The notes below the pieces were generated by a model. The model was not told the DNA's origin. It searched no databases and saw only the letters and a program-made list of their open reading frames with translations. From Paragordius varius (taxonomy: Eukaryota > Animalia > Nematomorpha), in the NCBI GenBank assembly GCA_964247055.1, contig OZ176053.1:5332001-5396000 (forward strand): a stretch of DNA of 64,000 bases, given 5' to 3'. How positions within the stretch are numbered: the first letter of the stretch is position 1; each line of letters opens with the position of its first letter. The translations under genes were made by a program, and so were the position numbers. Positions 13,501 through 28,000 of this stretch are shown one piece after another.

Positions 13501-16500
13501 TGTTTTGTTAGTAATTAATATGAATTCTCTCCTTTGTTTTTTACAAAAATATTTTTTACACTAATGTTGAAATACTAAAAATTTTAGTGATGAAGAGATA
13601 AATTTAAAGAAAGGTCAAGACCTTGATTCACAACCAGATAATGATTTACTTTTTATACCGACAGCCCCTGAAATTGAGGATCCGGAAGAATCTCTTTTAT
13701 TACTTCATTCCACATATGTTAATGACATGGTATTTTACGCTTACGTTGGAAAAATTATATTTTTTTATTTTTTTTGTATTTATTTATTTATAATTAACCA
13801 CATATAAATAATACAATAAGAGCCATATTTTTACAAAGTATTTAAAAAATGCAAAAATTTTACAAAATAAGGTACCGACCCCTTATAATAAACCCGACCT
13901 TTCTTTAGTTTAAAAACATTGCCTATAAATTCACGAGGTTATGTCAATTATTAAGCATTTTTATGATTTAGCTTTGGTTATTTCCGTTTTAAGTTTATTT
14001 TTTTATTACTATGTGGTTTGGAGATCTTTTGAACTTATATCAATATAAAAAAAATTATTTAGTTTTTTATATTAAATATATTGATAAATTAATATTATAT
14101 ATTTGTTAATATTAAAAAACTGAGTAAAAAAATTATATTTTTAAACAATTAATTTAATTTATCTTATAAAAGGGTCATGACGCGGGTATTAAGTCATCCC
14201 TTTTTCCCACAATACAGGTCATTTTGGGAATTTCATTTTCCAATTAAAAAATGTCTCTACTGTATATATATTAAATTTCTTTGAATGAATTTACAGGTAG
14301 AAAGAATCGAAAAAAATGTTCCTGCTAACTTTATGTTGGAAGATGAGGGCGAAAAGGAAAAACCACCGCCTAAAAAGGTTGAAAACATTAATAAAGCAAT
14401 GCCAACATCAGACATACCTCAAACCATTCCCGAAAAGACATCCACAGTTAAACCGCAACAAATTAACACATCCTCTCTTCCAAATACAATAAGTGACACC
14501 ATTGTAACTCACATACCCACTATTACCAATTATTCAGCCATTAGAATGACCAATAAATTGGGTATATATCTTAAAATAGACAAAAAATTTGCAAGAGATA
14601 AATAAGTATATAACTTAAATGGATAAATATATTATCATATACAATTGTATTCACCATTTTGAAATAGGAGAATACTACATAATTTTTCAACTAACGGGAT
14701 ATTATTGATATGTTCTTGAACACGATTTTTTACTTTGATTTTTTAAGGGTGTACAGTTTTATTGCATCTGTATCATTTTTTGAATTTTTAAATGTTAAAA
14801 CGCTTTTTTAAATAATAAAATGACTTGATTTTTATTTTATTTATTGTTTTACTCATACAGTATCAAATAACATTTATCAAACGACAAATTTGACTCCCTC
14901 ACAAAGCCTTAATCTTCAACATCTCCAAAACACTTCCTATTTATACAATAATTTTAACAATAAAAATATGTCGTCATTTCCCAACTCTGTCAGGATGAAT
15001 TCACAAAATTTTAATGTAAATTCGCAACTGCTAATAGGTGGAAACAGGACACCTTCTATTGCAACTTTAAATGCCCCTAAAAATAATTTGGTTTTTCAAC
15101 AAAATCATCAATCACAAACTACAAACAACGTTTTACCGAGCGTACTACTAAACAGATCAACCAACAATCTAGTGATTAATAACATGAATAATAACAATAC
15201 TAATAATGTATTAATTAACAAAAATAGTGGATACGGTATTCAAAACGCCCCTAATAGCATTTACAACAATAGAAATTATTCAGTGTTGAATAATTCGACA
15301 AGTACATTAAACTTTAACTCACAAGCCGCTGGTATTAGATTACAAACTGGGGGCATGTCACTTACAACGGGAAATTTAAATAACTTTAACACCAATCAAT
15401 CGACGACAAACCCTTTGATACGGAAAATTTCTAATTTAGCTATTGTAACACCCATTGTGGGTATGATGTTTAATTTATTGAAATACGGAATTAGCGTTAT
15501 ATGTCGAGATGCTTTCCTTTTCGGCCCATTATGCTATAATTAGTGCTATATTTTTAGTATTGCTATTTTAAAGTTTATTTCTTTATTAATTCGCGTGATT
15601 GTATTTTTTTTTCATTTTTCTAAATATATGCTTACATATATATATATATATATACTTAAATTTAATTTGGTCTTTCTCCTAGAATCAGTTAAAAAACTCT
15701 TTGTTAATACATGTCTCGTTAAGTTAATGAGTCTCTTTAATTTTAAATGTGGTTGGTAGACTTTTTTCTCAAACGACGCAGCGTATCATTTAGGTTTAAA
15801 TGCAATAATTTAATCAAGTCATCTGTAATGGTAGTTATAACTCGTATTAATATAAAATATGAATCTAGCAATCATTACACACTAACTTTCACATTCATTT
15901 TATTTTGTAAAAGATATTCACCCTATGGTTCAAACCCTAAAAAAGGGAACAATCACACTTCCCCCCACCCCATCTGCAAACGGTGCTGGACCGCTAATTA
16001 GCCAGCGTCCCATTGGTATGATTAGTACTAATAGCTCGCAATTTGTTCCACAATCCTTATCTAGACTACAACAAACAACATCATCACGACCATTTATGGG
16101 TTATTCATCGATTCCAATCCGTATACCCATCCTAAAAAATGTCATTATACCCCAAACAAGCCCGTATCAAGCAATGATGAATCTTTCTACCACTTCAAAC
16201 CCTAATAGCAGTAATAATATGGTTGGTGGATTACAAACGAATAATATAGTTTCTAATGCTGGTATAATGGTCACAACACCACAAGCTATAGTTGTACCCT
16301 ATGTTAATGAAAACACTGGTCTTATGTCAATTAGCAATCCAGGTTTCGTTCCCACAACTGCAGAGTATGTATACTTTTATGTCGTCAATTTTTTTGTAAC
16401 TAACCTGTAACCAAAAATAATCTTATCCAAAGATTATAAATGAATTTTCGACCATATCTTTAATAAAAATATCACAATAGATATGTTATCCCTAAAAAAT

Positions 16501-17081
16501 TTATTTTTTAAACTTAAGCATTATACAAATGTTTATTGGGCATATTTTTGCATACGCTATTTTAAAAATTTCAGAATATGCCTCTAGATTTTAAATATGC
16601 ACATTTTGTTGTGTAATCACAATATTTTTAGCCGATTGCAATGCAGTAGCGTATGGATAAATTGCAATAGTTAAAATTTAACAATTTTTTACTATCTTAC
16701 AACATTTATGGACAAAATACGCTTTTTATCTTACGCAAATGCATTACTAATTGGTTAACGATGTGGATGTATCATGTGAAATATTCTCTTTTTGGTTGGA
16801 TTCTATTTTAAAAATAATTCCTTATTGTTGTCCAGAGCCCCGTTAAAATTATATATGAATATTTTATTCTTAAAACTATTTTGGATATTAAATTTTTGCC
16901 GAAATTTCAAAAGTCTCAGGTATAATTAGGGTTATATACTGATGTAACCAATTTGATTTATACTAATAATATTTTATATTTTTAAAGGAATGTGACAACG
17001 TTACCTCCAACTCTTAAATTCAAAGCTGTCAATTTATCTCATCAAGTTAGTACTCAGCAATCATCTCAAGATAAACCGTGA
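7532..17081 (+). CDS. RBBP5: Retinoblastoma-binding protein 5 (COMPASS/MLL WRAD subunit, Swd1 homologue), 17 exons, about 1086 aa
   Basis: Exons 7532-7552, 7579-7751, 8504-8644, 8730-8823, 9029-9100, 9625-9827, 10054-10196, 10656-10827, 11145-11403, 12082-12347, 13104-13169, 13272-13370, 13588-13729, 14297-14561, 14861-15460, 15914-16364, 16988-17081 give one phase-consistent ORF. It contains RBBP5 motifs GTLLAVGCNDGRIVIWDF, DLNIVASFDRRG..YTGNAKGK, LHGTKGEILLD, WSAFAPNFTELDDNIEYVEKESEFD and LLFIPTAPEIEDPEE. The start codon, the 8824 donor and the tail exons are less certain. Confidence 0.93.
9240..9480. mobile_element. Degenerate short inverted-repeat element in RBBP5 intron 5, related to the ends of 46033-47610
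   Basis: AATTCACCC-type motifs on the left and AGGGTTAATTT on the right. The right half resembles 47480-47600. Boundaries approximate. Confidence 0.4.
10428..10596. mobile_element. 169-bp Tc1/mariner-type MITE in RBBP5 intron 7
   Basis: TA|CAGTATGTATTTTAAT...AAATGCATACTG|TA, with about 40-bp imperfect TIRs containing CACTATAGTTGG / CCAACTATAGTG. Confidence 0.8.
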
Positions 17082-17113
17082 TATTCATTATTTATATCAT
17101 AAAAAGATAAATG

Positions 17114-17482
17114 TTATAATATGTCTCTTTTTTCAATTTGTCGCAAATGCTTTCTTTTCATCTTTTTAAGTTTTGTTGAATCTTTAATTACTTGCACAAC
17201 TTCTGATTTCCTTTCGTTTTCGCTTTTCTTTTTAAGATTAGCCTCGTAAGTTAATTTAGCATGTCGCTTAGCAGCTTTTCGTGATTCATTGATGAAACTT
17301 TGAATTTCTTTGACCTTATTTAAATCATATTTTTGCTGCATTTTATTTTTCCAACTTGTGTGAAAGGCTTTTCCAGTTCTAATATTAGATATTTTAGGAT
17401 GGTTTGCATTGTTTTTCCAATTACGGTTTTTGTATATTTGGAATTGCTTCGTAAGGGGAGTAAGAATAGAAATATCACGCAT
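17114..17482 (-). CDS. CCDC86: Coiled-coil domain-containing protein 86 (Cgr1-like ribosome biogenesis factor), 122 aa
   Basis: TSWKNKM...ENERKSEVVQVIKDSTKLKKMKRKHLRQIEKRD matches the conserved CCDC86 C-terminal block (TSW.RKM...ENERKAEVVQVI.NP.KLKR.KKKQLR.IEKRD). Upstream exons cannot be excluded. Confidence 0.88.
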   Translation of the reverse strand: MRDISILTPLTKQFQIYKNRNWKNNANHPKISNIRTGKAFHTSWKNKMQQKYDLNKVKEIQSFINESRKAAKRHAKLTYEANLKKKSENERKSEVVQVIKDSTKLKKMKRKHLRQIEKRDIL

Positions 17483-18222
17483 GTTTTATAAATTAAACCA
17501 AAAAACGACTAACATATGTAATTTAACATTTATTAATGTTATAGGTTAAAAATGGTTGTGAACTAAATTCCATCGCATAATTTTGTTTCGGTAGAAAATG
17601 TATTGATATAAGAACGATATTTATCCAAGATACCATATCATTTAAAGATAAAATATTATTTCTTTGGATGAACGTCAGCTAAAATTAATTATATAATACC
17701 TGCTGGTGTTTTAGTTGAAAGATTTCATACTTTGTGGATGAAGTATTGAATATTTTCATGTAGTTCGTATCAATGCAATTTGTATTATTGATTATTAGTT
17801 TATAGATCTAATAAGAAATTAGTTTATTATAAGGAGAGCGAAAAATTGATACATATTTTACGAAGAATATTTGGAGCGGTGATTAACTCACGGTGGCATG
17901 CGGCGCTAAAAGTACTTTTTTTGATTCTGAATTATTTATAAAAATTTAACGCTGTGTGAGTAAGTCTAAAATCTACAAATGTGTTCAAACAGCTAAGAAA
18001 TTTTTATCGGTAGGTATCATGGCCTTTAAAACAAGTTAGATATTTTTGTGGTCCTCTAAATTTTTTGGTGAGCATTACTGTGGGTGTTATTACAGATACA
18101 TCTATATCTAATTAAATTATGTTAAAATTTTATGCGAATTTAATTAACAGACATTACTAATTTGTATAAAAACATTTTGTTTTAAAAGGGTATAAGATTT
18201 GAGAGTTCCCAAATCTAATTAA

Positions 18223-20358
18223 CACTTCGTTTCGAAATCGGGGTGTTTAATGACCCCAAACTATATTTAAATGGATAATTTTTAAAAAATACTGGATGAA
18301 GCGATTCCAATTTAAATTTATTATATACATCGGATACCAATTCAAATTGGGGCATTTAAATACCCCAGACTATATATAAAATATTTTTAAAAACTACTAT
18401 ACGCGGTCCCAATTTATATATGCTTCTATCCTAATAAAAATTATATAAATAATCTGAAATATCTAAATAAAATTTAGTTTGAAATACATTGTTCCATATC
18501 AAACTAGTGCGACGCCATTTTTCTTACAATATTTACACTTCGATTCAAATTGGGGTATCTAAATACCTCAGACTAAATCTGAGTTAGGATTTTATTAAAA
18601 ATACTGAATGAAACGGTCCCGATTTAAATTTATGCTTCTATCCTAATAAAAATTATATAAATAAGCCAAAATATCCAAATAAAATTTTGTTTTGAAAAAA
18701 AAAGTTCCATGTCAAACTACTTCGACGCCATTTTTATTTTAAATATTTTTGCAAAATATCGTCATTTAATTTTAAAACCTAATTTTTAATTTAAATTACA
18801 TCTAACATTGATAGAAATAGAAAAAGCGGTTTATTTTATATTATTTTTCAATTTTATCATTGCACACATGCCACGTTGACCAAATTTTTACCTTTGTGTT
18901 GTATAAAATAAGTAATATCAAATATTTTTGAATATAATTTTTTTATATTCCGGTTTATTAATGTTATATAAGAGCAAGATTTTGCCATGGTTTCGATTCC
19001 TTCCACATTTTTTAAAGAATTTAATTTTAAACAGGCAAGGGGTATTTAACTATACCAATTTGAATCAAAGGACCAAAATGAATGTGTTGTATCCAAGTGT
19101 TATTATCGTGATTAAATTTTAAAGCTCAATTAAAATCAAATATTTATTTAAATCGCATATAACATTGATAGATACACAAAAAGTGGTTTATTTTTTATTA
19201 TATTAAAATTTTGCTAATGCACTGTCATGATGACTAAATTTGTGCCTTTAAGTTCCACTCGGTCCATTAACACTTAGATACAACACATTCATTTTAGTCC
19301 TTCGATTCAAATTGGGGTAGTTAAATACCCCAGGGCTGTTTATAAACAAATTCTTTAAAAAATATGGAATGAATCAAACCCATGGCAAAATCTTGCACTT
19401 ATGTAACATTAATAAACCCAAATATATAAAAAAATTTATTCAAAAATACTTGATATTACTTATTTTAAGCTAAAACCGAAAGGTAAAAATTTAGTCAATG
19501 TGACATGCGTGCAATGGTAAAATTGAAAAACAATAAAAAATAAACAACTTTTTCTATTTCTATCAATGTTAGATGTAATTTCAATTAAAAATTAGCTTTG
19601 ATTTTACCCTTAAAATTAAATAAAGACGATATTTTGCAAAGATTTTATTAAATAAAAATGGCGGCCAAGTAGTTTGACATGGAGCTTTTTTTTCAAAACA
19701 AAATTTTATTTAGATATTTTGGCATATTTGTATAATTTTTATTAGGATAGAAGCATAAATTTAAATTGGGACCGTTTTTTCAGTAGTTTTTTAAAAATCC
19801 TAACTCAAATTTAGTCTGGGGTATTTAGATACCCCAATTTGAATCGAAGTGTTAATGAACTATTGCAATGGTTTCAATTTATTCCATATTTTTTCAAGTA
19901 TTTAATTTTAAACAAAGGGGTACTTAAATACCCCATGAATAGAAGGACTGAAATGAATTTTGTATCCAAGTCTAATAAAAATTATATAAATAGGCCAAAA
20001 TATCTAAATAAAATTTAGTTTTGCCATTTTTATTTTACAAGTATTTGTTTTTTTCAAACACTAAAATTGATTTTCTAAAAATTCCATACATTGATATAAA
20101 CATTATAGTGGTTTATTTTGCAATCTTATTATATTTAGATAATCTAAATATGTCATAATGACTATATTTTTACCTTGAGTTTATTCATCAAATGAGTGAT
20201 ATCTAGTAAAAAAAATTTATATTTCGTTGCATTAATGTTATATAAATGACACTCTATTGGCTTCAATTAGTTACATATTTTTAGAAATATTTGTTTTTAA
20301 ACAGGCCTGGTTCCCCAAACACCCCAATTTTAAGTCGTGAAAATGTGTTGTTCTAAGG
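18223..20358. mobile_element. Nest of four piggyBac-type MITE family A copies
   Basis: The oldest copy runs 18223 to about 20358. A second copy runs about 18340-19972 inside it. That copy is interrupted by 18536-19099 (+) and 19271-19851 (-, TTAA on both sides). Confidence 0.75.
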
Positions 20359-20532
20359 TAGAGCAAACCGCATAAATTATAAAAAACTTCCCGACAAATA
20401 TAACATGCATTCCTGATTGATTTTCTTGCCACTTTATTGGACATAAAATTATAAAAAATATTTTGCGCCAAAAAATTTTAAGATTTATATTTTATATACT
20501 AGCACATTGCACAACATTGTGCGTTATAAATC

Positions 20533-20790
20533 AAGGGTATTCAACACGAGGCCCGCAGGCCGCGTGCGGACACCGAAACTTTTAGTACGGCCCGCTAAAA
20601 ATTCAGAAATTTATAATTTACAAAAAGTTTGCGCACATCTAGGTAAAATTGATATTTCTTAAAACATTTTTCTAAACTTATCTATTTTATTAACAAAAAC
20701 TATATTGCATTTTACAGTTTTATTTTTGAAATCTAATTAATTTTTTATTAATGACAATATAAGTTTCAAATGCGGCCCGCGAAGTTATTC
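20533..20790 (+). mobile_element. hAT (Charlie-like) MITE fragment
   Basis: CAAGGGTATTCAACACGAGGCCCGCAGGCCGCGTGCGG resembles Charlie-type 5' ends, with internal GCGGCCCGC motifs. No right end found. Confidence 0.55.
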
Positions 20791-21562
20791 GTAGACAACT
20801 CTGTTTTAATAAATATTTTAATAATTGCAGGTACCGCATAAAAAATATCCTGATGAAATATATATTTTGATAGATTAATAAATAATATATCAGGGTTTCA
20901 TGGTGGTTTTGGGCTTAACAATTAATATAATAAAAATATTTACAATTTTGAAAATACTTTGTTTTTAAAATATTTATTTTTACAATATTGTAAACCGTAT
21001 GTCGAATTTAGGGAAAACTGTATAAAAACAGTTGACGACATTATTATGGACCATTCTATTAATTTCGATGATGAACATTTATATCACCTCAACATTTTAA
21101 GTAAATAATTTGTTCGCTTTCTATTACAAAAATTGTACATAAATTCCAAGATGAACAAATGTTTTAGGCCAAATTCGAAAATGATACAAAAAGCATCATT
21201 ATATTATATAAAAAATTATAATAGCTTAAACTAGTTTTATATCATTTTCACCATCCTCCGAAATAGTCTCAAATACGGTTCATCAAAATTTTGCTAAATA
21301 TAATTTTTTTAACAAAGTATGCATTTTTTCTAAGATTTTTTTTGATGTCATAATCTACCACATTTCGAAAATTCTTATTGCAAAATATCGGTTTGCGTTT
21401 GATTTTTCTTAACTAGCCAATTTTACCGGAAGATAGTTATTTGGTGCTTCCTTCGTTTTAAAATAATTTTGATATTGTTTTGCTTTTGAATCTAATATAT
21501 GATTTATATGAATAATATTTTATGGAATCAAGTATTTAGCTCTCACCAAAATTTTTATTTAG

Positions 21563-21925
21563 ATTCGCGCAAATTTCGCGATTTTTGTGGGGCCATAACC
21601 ATAAAATTAATAATTTTCTTATACTCATAAGATCCAGAACAAAAGCCGTATATATATATATTTCATCAGGATGTTTTTCATACCTCCTCAATGTATAGTT
21701 TAAGAAAAAGATATCAGGATTATCATGGCGCTTTTTGTTTTGGGCCCACACGTGATTTATTAAAACATTTAATACTATTACTCTGTGTAATCGGGGTTAG
21801 AAAAATTTTATGATAATATGTATATTATCAGGATTCTCATAGTGCTTTTGGTTTTACGGAAATATATAAGATAAAACACTTATTTTTATAATTGCTCCAT
21901 ATCGAAAAATCGCAAAATTTGCGCT
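21563..21925. mobile_element. Small MITE-like inverted-repeat element
   Basis: GCGCAAATTTCGCGATTTTT versus AAAAATCGCAAAATTTGCGC. Boundaries approximate. Confidence 0.45.
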
Positions 21926-22035
21926 GATTATGCGAAATAATTTTTTTGCTAAAACATATCGAAAAAAAATCAATTTTATGTTCACAATCAGAACTTTTTA
22001 AGGTAATATATAAACGTATTATAGTTAAATCATAC

Positions 22036-25000
22036 CAAGTAGTCAGGTATTTTTGTACTTTCCATAGATATGTTGCTTTTAGTTAACAATTGTTCCATCT
22101 CAATATCAAATAGTCTTAAAACAGAATCGTGAAAGTATTCAACAACGGGTATTTCTCCATAAATATTATTATCGTGCAACTTATAAAGAAACAATCTAAA
22201 CAAAGCATATATTCTTTTGATAAGAATGATACTTTAGTATTATATGAGTATGCGCCAACATTGGCGTTTTGATAAGCTGTAAATATTTTAAAAATTGGCA
22301 TTTAAAGCCAAAACCTGGTACTATACAGTTTATCCAGTTCTAAAATGTCGTCCTGTACGCTTGATATATACAATAAAGTTTATGCTAATAACCCAATAAA
22401 AATAATAAAATCAAATTTGCCCTACAAAAATTAAAGAACGAAATTGATGAGGGAAGTAAAAGCGCTGAACAATGGGGACGTGGATGATGTATGAAATTAA
22501 GCTCAAAAAAAACTAATAGTATAAAATGAATAAAGATTAGCCAAATTTGGGCTACCAATCATTGGATAGATGGGCAGAAAATATTCTTTAGGGGGTTTGG
22601 TGTTAAAATTTAGTATATAATTAATTTATTTAGCTTATATAATTGTTTGCTTAAATGCATATAAAATTGTGACTTATGTTGATTTGGATGGTATAATAAG
22701 TAAAACAAAGGAAAAAAATTACCGATAGGATTTTTGAAACAAAACTATTTTGAACATGGCTTTTTGATTGCATTCGATTTGACATAAATTATCATAGCTA
22801 ATTTGCGTTGTTTTATTATCCCTCAATCTAAATTCTGATGTCGCAGTTATCTTCATTGTTGCATTGTTGTCCTCAAGTAAATTCTCTATGACATTCAAAG
22901 CTCCTCGGTTTAAGGTAGTATCTATATTTAATGCAAAATCATTAGCAAACCTATTTTAATTTTCCATATTTTAATAATAAATTATATTCTAAGGCTTGCT
23001 TAGGCATACCAGACCTTAAATCCAAGCTAAAGTATTAGTATTAATATTATTATAACAAGAGCGTTTTGTTTTTAATGAACATGTTAACTGACAGCTAAAC
23101 TCAATCAAAATTGCCCTAAGAATCATTTTTCCGAATTTCAATTATAAACTTTAGTTTGAACAAGGTTCGATTTTTATTGGTTACAACATAACATCGCATT
23201 TGGGGTATTAATTGATTAATTATATCAATGCATGACGATTTCCATAAACGGCCTAATCAGACATTTTAGCGGTCAATCATAGATATGCATGGAATTAATT
23301 AAACAATATATTATGTATAAGATATGTTTCATATTTATATATAAATAATTTTGGTTTAATCCGTTAGTTTTGGTTTGAAGTGAATTTTTAGTCTCTGGTT
23401 TCAGTTTTACATATTTAACTTAGATTTTTTGCGAAAAAATGGTTCAAATTTTGGGCTTATATTTGAAAAAATTTTCATATTGCCTAATTATTTGGATATA
23501 AAGTCAATAAGTTGCCAAAACGAACGGAAATATCAATGGCATGATCTTTTTTCTTAAAAATTATAAACACCTCTATTACAAATATAAGCAGAAAATATTA
23601 CTAATAAAAGTTATTGCGGAGAAAATTATATTTTTTTATTGGTATATAAAATAATAAATAAATACGGGGTTCACCTAGTAATAGTGTTTCTGATTTTTAG
23701 TAATAGCCAAAATTTTTTATCACTATAATAATATTAGTGTTTTCATCTATGTTTAAATTAGAAAAAAACATTCTTTATAATACCTGAACAAGGTTTCAAC
23801 AATGATTTTGTAATCAGTGAAACTGGATATATAATTTGAGTGTTTGCAGTATCCGGATATTCCCAGTCAACCTCTATTAAAGGTGCCTCCCAATATTTTT
23901 TGGCAATAACTGGCTCGTATGGCGAGTTTTGTGGAAACGATAATTGTAAAACTTTAAGATTTTGACCGGATAATGCCAATTCAATCTATTTTGTTGCATA
24001 TTTTTGTAAATATCTTCATTTAATAGGTTTCACCACCAATCACATAGGATTCACATTTATTTTAATTTTATGCCAGATAAAGTTTTTTCAATGCAAACTA
24101 ATTTGCGTTAATATTAAATTTGAATATCGCTGAATTTACATATTGCTAATTAATAACTTACACTTTATATTGTTTTTAATTTAACTAATTAAGAAATTTA
24201 TTAAAACTTTATACATTTTCATTCATCAACATATCTAAGAAGATAGAAGATTGATTGATTGTTTCGCTTTCTCCAACATACGCCACATTATGGTACCGGC
24301 TTTGAATTGGTATATATTTTTTGGATATTGTTAATAATTCATCACTCCTCCCAATATAATATAATACAAGGATGGCTTTTCCCGTTGCGTTTGACAGATA
24401 GGTAATTTCATTTGTTGAGTACTATTTTATAAATAAACAAAATTAAATTTTTACTATTTTTTATCTGCATACGAAAAGTTATAAATATTAATTTATGATT
24501 GAAAAGGCGCCATTAGTAGCTTTTAGAGATCTAATATTAACAAAACATCTTTTCATTTTGACCCGCTAAATCATACAAACTCTCAGTAATTTAATAAAAT
24601 AAAAAATTAAAATTTTACAGATTTTTTTATAAAGCGACAACCATATATTTTATCGTAGTTGTATCTAATCATAACTTATATTGTTTTGGGTTGAAATAAT
24701 AAATAAAGGTGTAAATTGGTTGCACACTCAGTTAATTTCACAATTAATCACAAAGGTCACAATCTTGTTTTTAAAAGTGTAGTTACCACATAAAATATTT
24801 AGTATATACATTTTGTCTGTTTGATTTTAATTTTTATTGTATTACTGGTAATCACTTGGTGATAAATAATGCAGAATTATAAGCATATGACAATAAAATG
24901 GGAATCATTATCATAATACTACCTTATTCCACAAACTAAATATGGTGGAGGGAGAAAATTCGGCTTCCATAGTTCTTAACATTAGATTTAAATAATCCAG

Positions 25001-28000
25001 CGAATAAATGGGTCGTCCTAACGTACAATCTAACAGTAAAAATCAAATTAACAAATCGGTAAAAACTAAAAGAAAAACAGTTTATCCAAAATTAACAGTA
25101 AAAATTCAAACTGAACATGTTTTACCATTTTTTTACCCAACGCAACATTTTTTAAGTAAAAACAAATGAAAAATATTGCGTTTGGTTGAAAAAATGTTGC
25201 AATTGACTGAAAATGATATACCAATTTACATCTCTATCTCACGCTTCGCTGTTTAAAACAATGAATAATTTAAAAAAATGAGTTAAAAAAGTATACATGT
25301 CTTTTGAAAATATTTATCTTTATATATTTACATTTTATCTGTATAATTTCAATTTTTAGTATATAATTGCAATTAATATTTTCTAACTTGAATAATTTGG
25401 GAGAATTTCCAGGTTGAACAGCGACCATTCTAATGATTTATTTAATTTGAATTTGAATATCAGTTCTTCATCATCCATTTCTAGAGATCTACGCATATTA
25501 TTTCTATAAACTTGATCAATTGATTAATCACCGTATATTGGTAATCTTCGGATAATTTTTGAAAAAATTGGCACAACACTGTATAAATATAGTAATTGAA
25601 GGCATAAAGACAAAACGTATAAATATTTTTTTAACAAAAAAAAACAATCCTATTTTTTAAGCTTGGTTTTTTTAAAAAAACTCATAGTTTTGGGTCACAA
25701 AAACTATAAATGTTAATGTTAACACATTATATTTAATTTCATAGAATTATAAAGATTATATAGAAAACCCATTTTTTTAAAGATAGAAAATATTCCAATT
25801 CAATAGGATTCATATTCTATTTTATTTCATTTTTACTAATTGATATATATTTATGTATTTCTTTTTCATTTATTATTATTATTATATTTTTGGTTAAAAT
25901 TTATGATTCTTTTTTAGATTATTATTATTATTATATTTTTGGTTAAAAATTTTTGATTCTTTTTTAGTTGCTTTATATATTAGTTACATATATCTTAGTG
26001 TTTATTATCTACATTATTCTTCTTTATTGTATTTTTGTTTTTTATGAGTGTTTTTTGTAAGGCGTACAGGCCAGACCCGGCCAGTCGCTGCACGGAGGTA
26101 GGGGCCAATAGGGATAAGGAAGGTTGTAGAATGTGTTTTGCCAGTATAAATGTTGGTTCGTTAAAAAGTAAGTTATATGATTTAGTTGAAACTATGAGGG
26201 TAAAAAAAGTAAATTTTTTGTGCATTCAGGAGACCAGATACCGTGGAAATGGTACTAAGACGTCAGAGGGTAATTATAAAATGTTTTATTCCGGTTCTAC
26301 GGATGGTTACTGTGGGGTTGCCATAATAGTGTGCCCAAGATTTGCCAATCAAGTAATTGAGGTTAGACGTGCTGACAGTAGAATCATAAGTGTCGACGTA
26401 TTGTTAAATAAGAGGGTTTTTACTATCTTTAGCGTTTATGCCCCCCAGATAGGTTTAACTAAACCGGAGAAAGATAAATTCTATGATTTGTTAGACGCAG
26501 AAATGACTTCATTAACGAAAGACAGAGAAATTATATTTTGTGGTGATTTCAACGGGCACGTGGGACAAAATAGGAGAGGTTTTGAACCTTGGCACGGCGG
26601 AAAAGGTTACGGGGTTATAAATGAAGAAGGGGCTAGTTTATTAAGATTTGCCCAATCTTATAACTTTGCTATAACAAATACTTTTTTTACGAAAAGGGAT
26701 AGCCACTTAATTACCTACGAAAGTGGAAATAAGAAGTCACAAATTGATTATATTCTAGTGCCACGAAAGTCTTTAAAGTTTGTTTTGGACTGCAAAGTGA
26801 TACCTAACTTGCAGATTAGCACACAACACAATTTAATTATGTGAAAATATATGACAGATATACCAATAAATGCCAAAAAGCCTAAGCTTATAGCGCCGAA
26901 GGTAATTAAATGGGATTCTCTAAGAAACAGTGAAGAAAGATTTGTAGAAACGGTAGGCATACTAGACAGGAACAGTGATCCAGAAAGTGTTTGGTCTCAG
27001 GTGGCAAAAAAATAAGAGAAGCGGGAGTTAAGGTGTACGGAATGAAAGGTGGCAGAAACCAGGTTTATAGAGAGGCATGGCTGAAAGACGAAAAAATAAT
27101 TCTGAAATCGCGAGAGAAAAGAAAAGCTTTTAAAATGTGGAGGTTTACCCACCAAGCAGAAGACTAGGAAAAATATAAAAGGATTAATAAGGAACTTAAA
27201 ATGCTTGTAAGATTGGTCAAAAAAGAAAAGACGGCATCATTATATGAAGAGTTGAACAGTAAGCAAGGTCTAAACAAAGTTTTTAAAATTGCTCGACAAA
27301 GACACAGAAGAAAGCTGGACTTGCCCCCTTACGCGACAGCTATTAAAGATAAAAAAGGCAAATTACTCGTTGAGGAAGCGAAAATATTGAAAAGGTGGAA
27401 AGAATATTTCCAGGAGCTTGAATTGGGCGTCAGTGAAACAAGTTTACCCGAAACACCAGATTATAAATCTGCGCATATTTAAAGTATAACAAAGGAAGAA
27501 GTCCAGGCTGGTTTAGAAGAGATGTCAATAAATAAGGCTGCAGGTCCAGACATTAACATAAACTGTTGGAAAATATTGTCAGAAAAAGGTATTGAATTTT
27601 TAGCAGATATTTTTAATAATGTAGTTACTACAGGTATGATACCAAACGAATGGAAGGAGAGTTTCACTGTTCCCATTTTCAAGGGTAAAGGAGATATTAA
27701 TGATTGTAATAATTACAGAGGGATAAGATTGATGTCGCATACAATGAAGTTATTTGAGAAAGTACTAGAGAAAAGAATAAGAAAAATGGTTAGTATTGAG
27801 GGTAATCAATTTGGTTTTATTCCAGGAAAATCCACCATTGATCCAATTCACGCAGTAAGAAGGCTAATCGAGAAGCATATAGAAATGAAAAAGGAGTTGC
27901 ATGGTATTTGTATTGATATTGAAAAGGCATTTGACAGAATACCTCGGAGCACAATATGGTGGAGCTTAAGACGGAAAAAGGTCCCTGAAAGTTACATAAA

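Noticed and set aside
23850-23900. DWEYP motif suggesting a GH18 chitinase
   Set aside because: The preceding FDGxD is not conserved and there is too little coding space for the rest of the TIM barrel.
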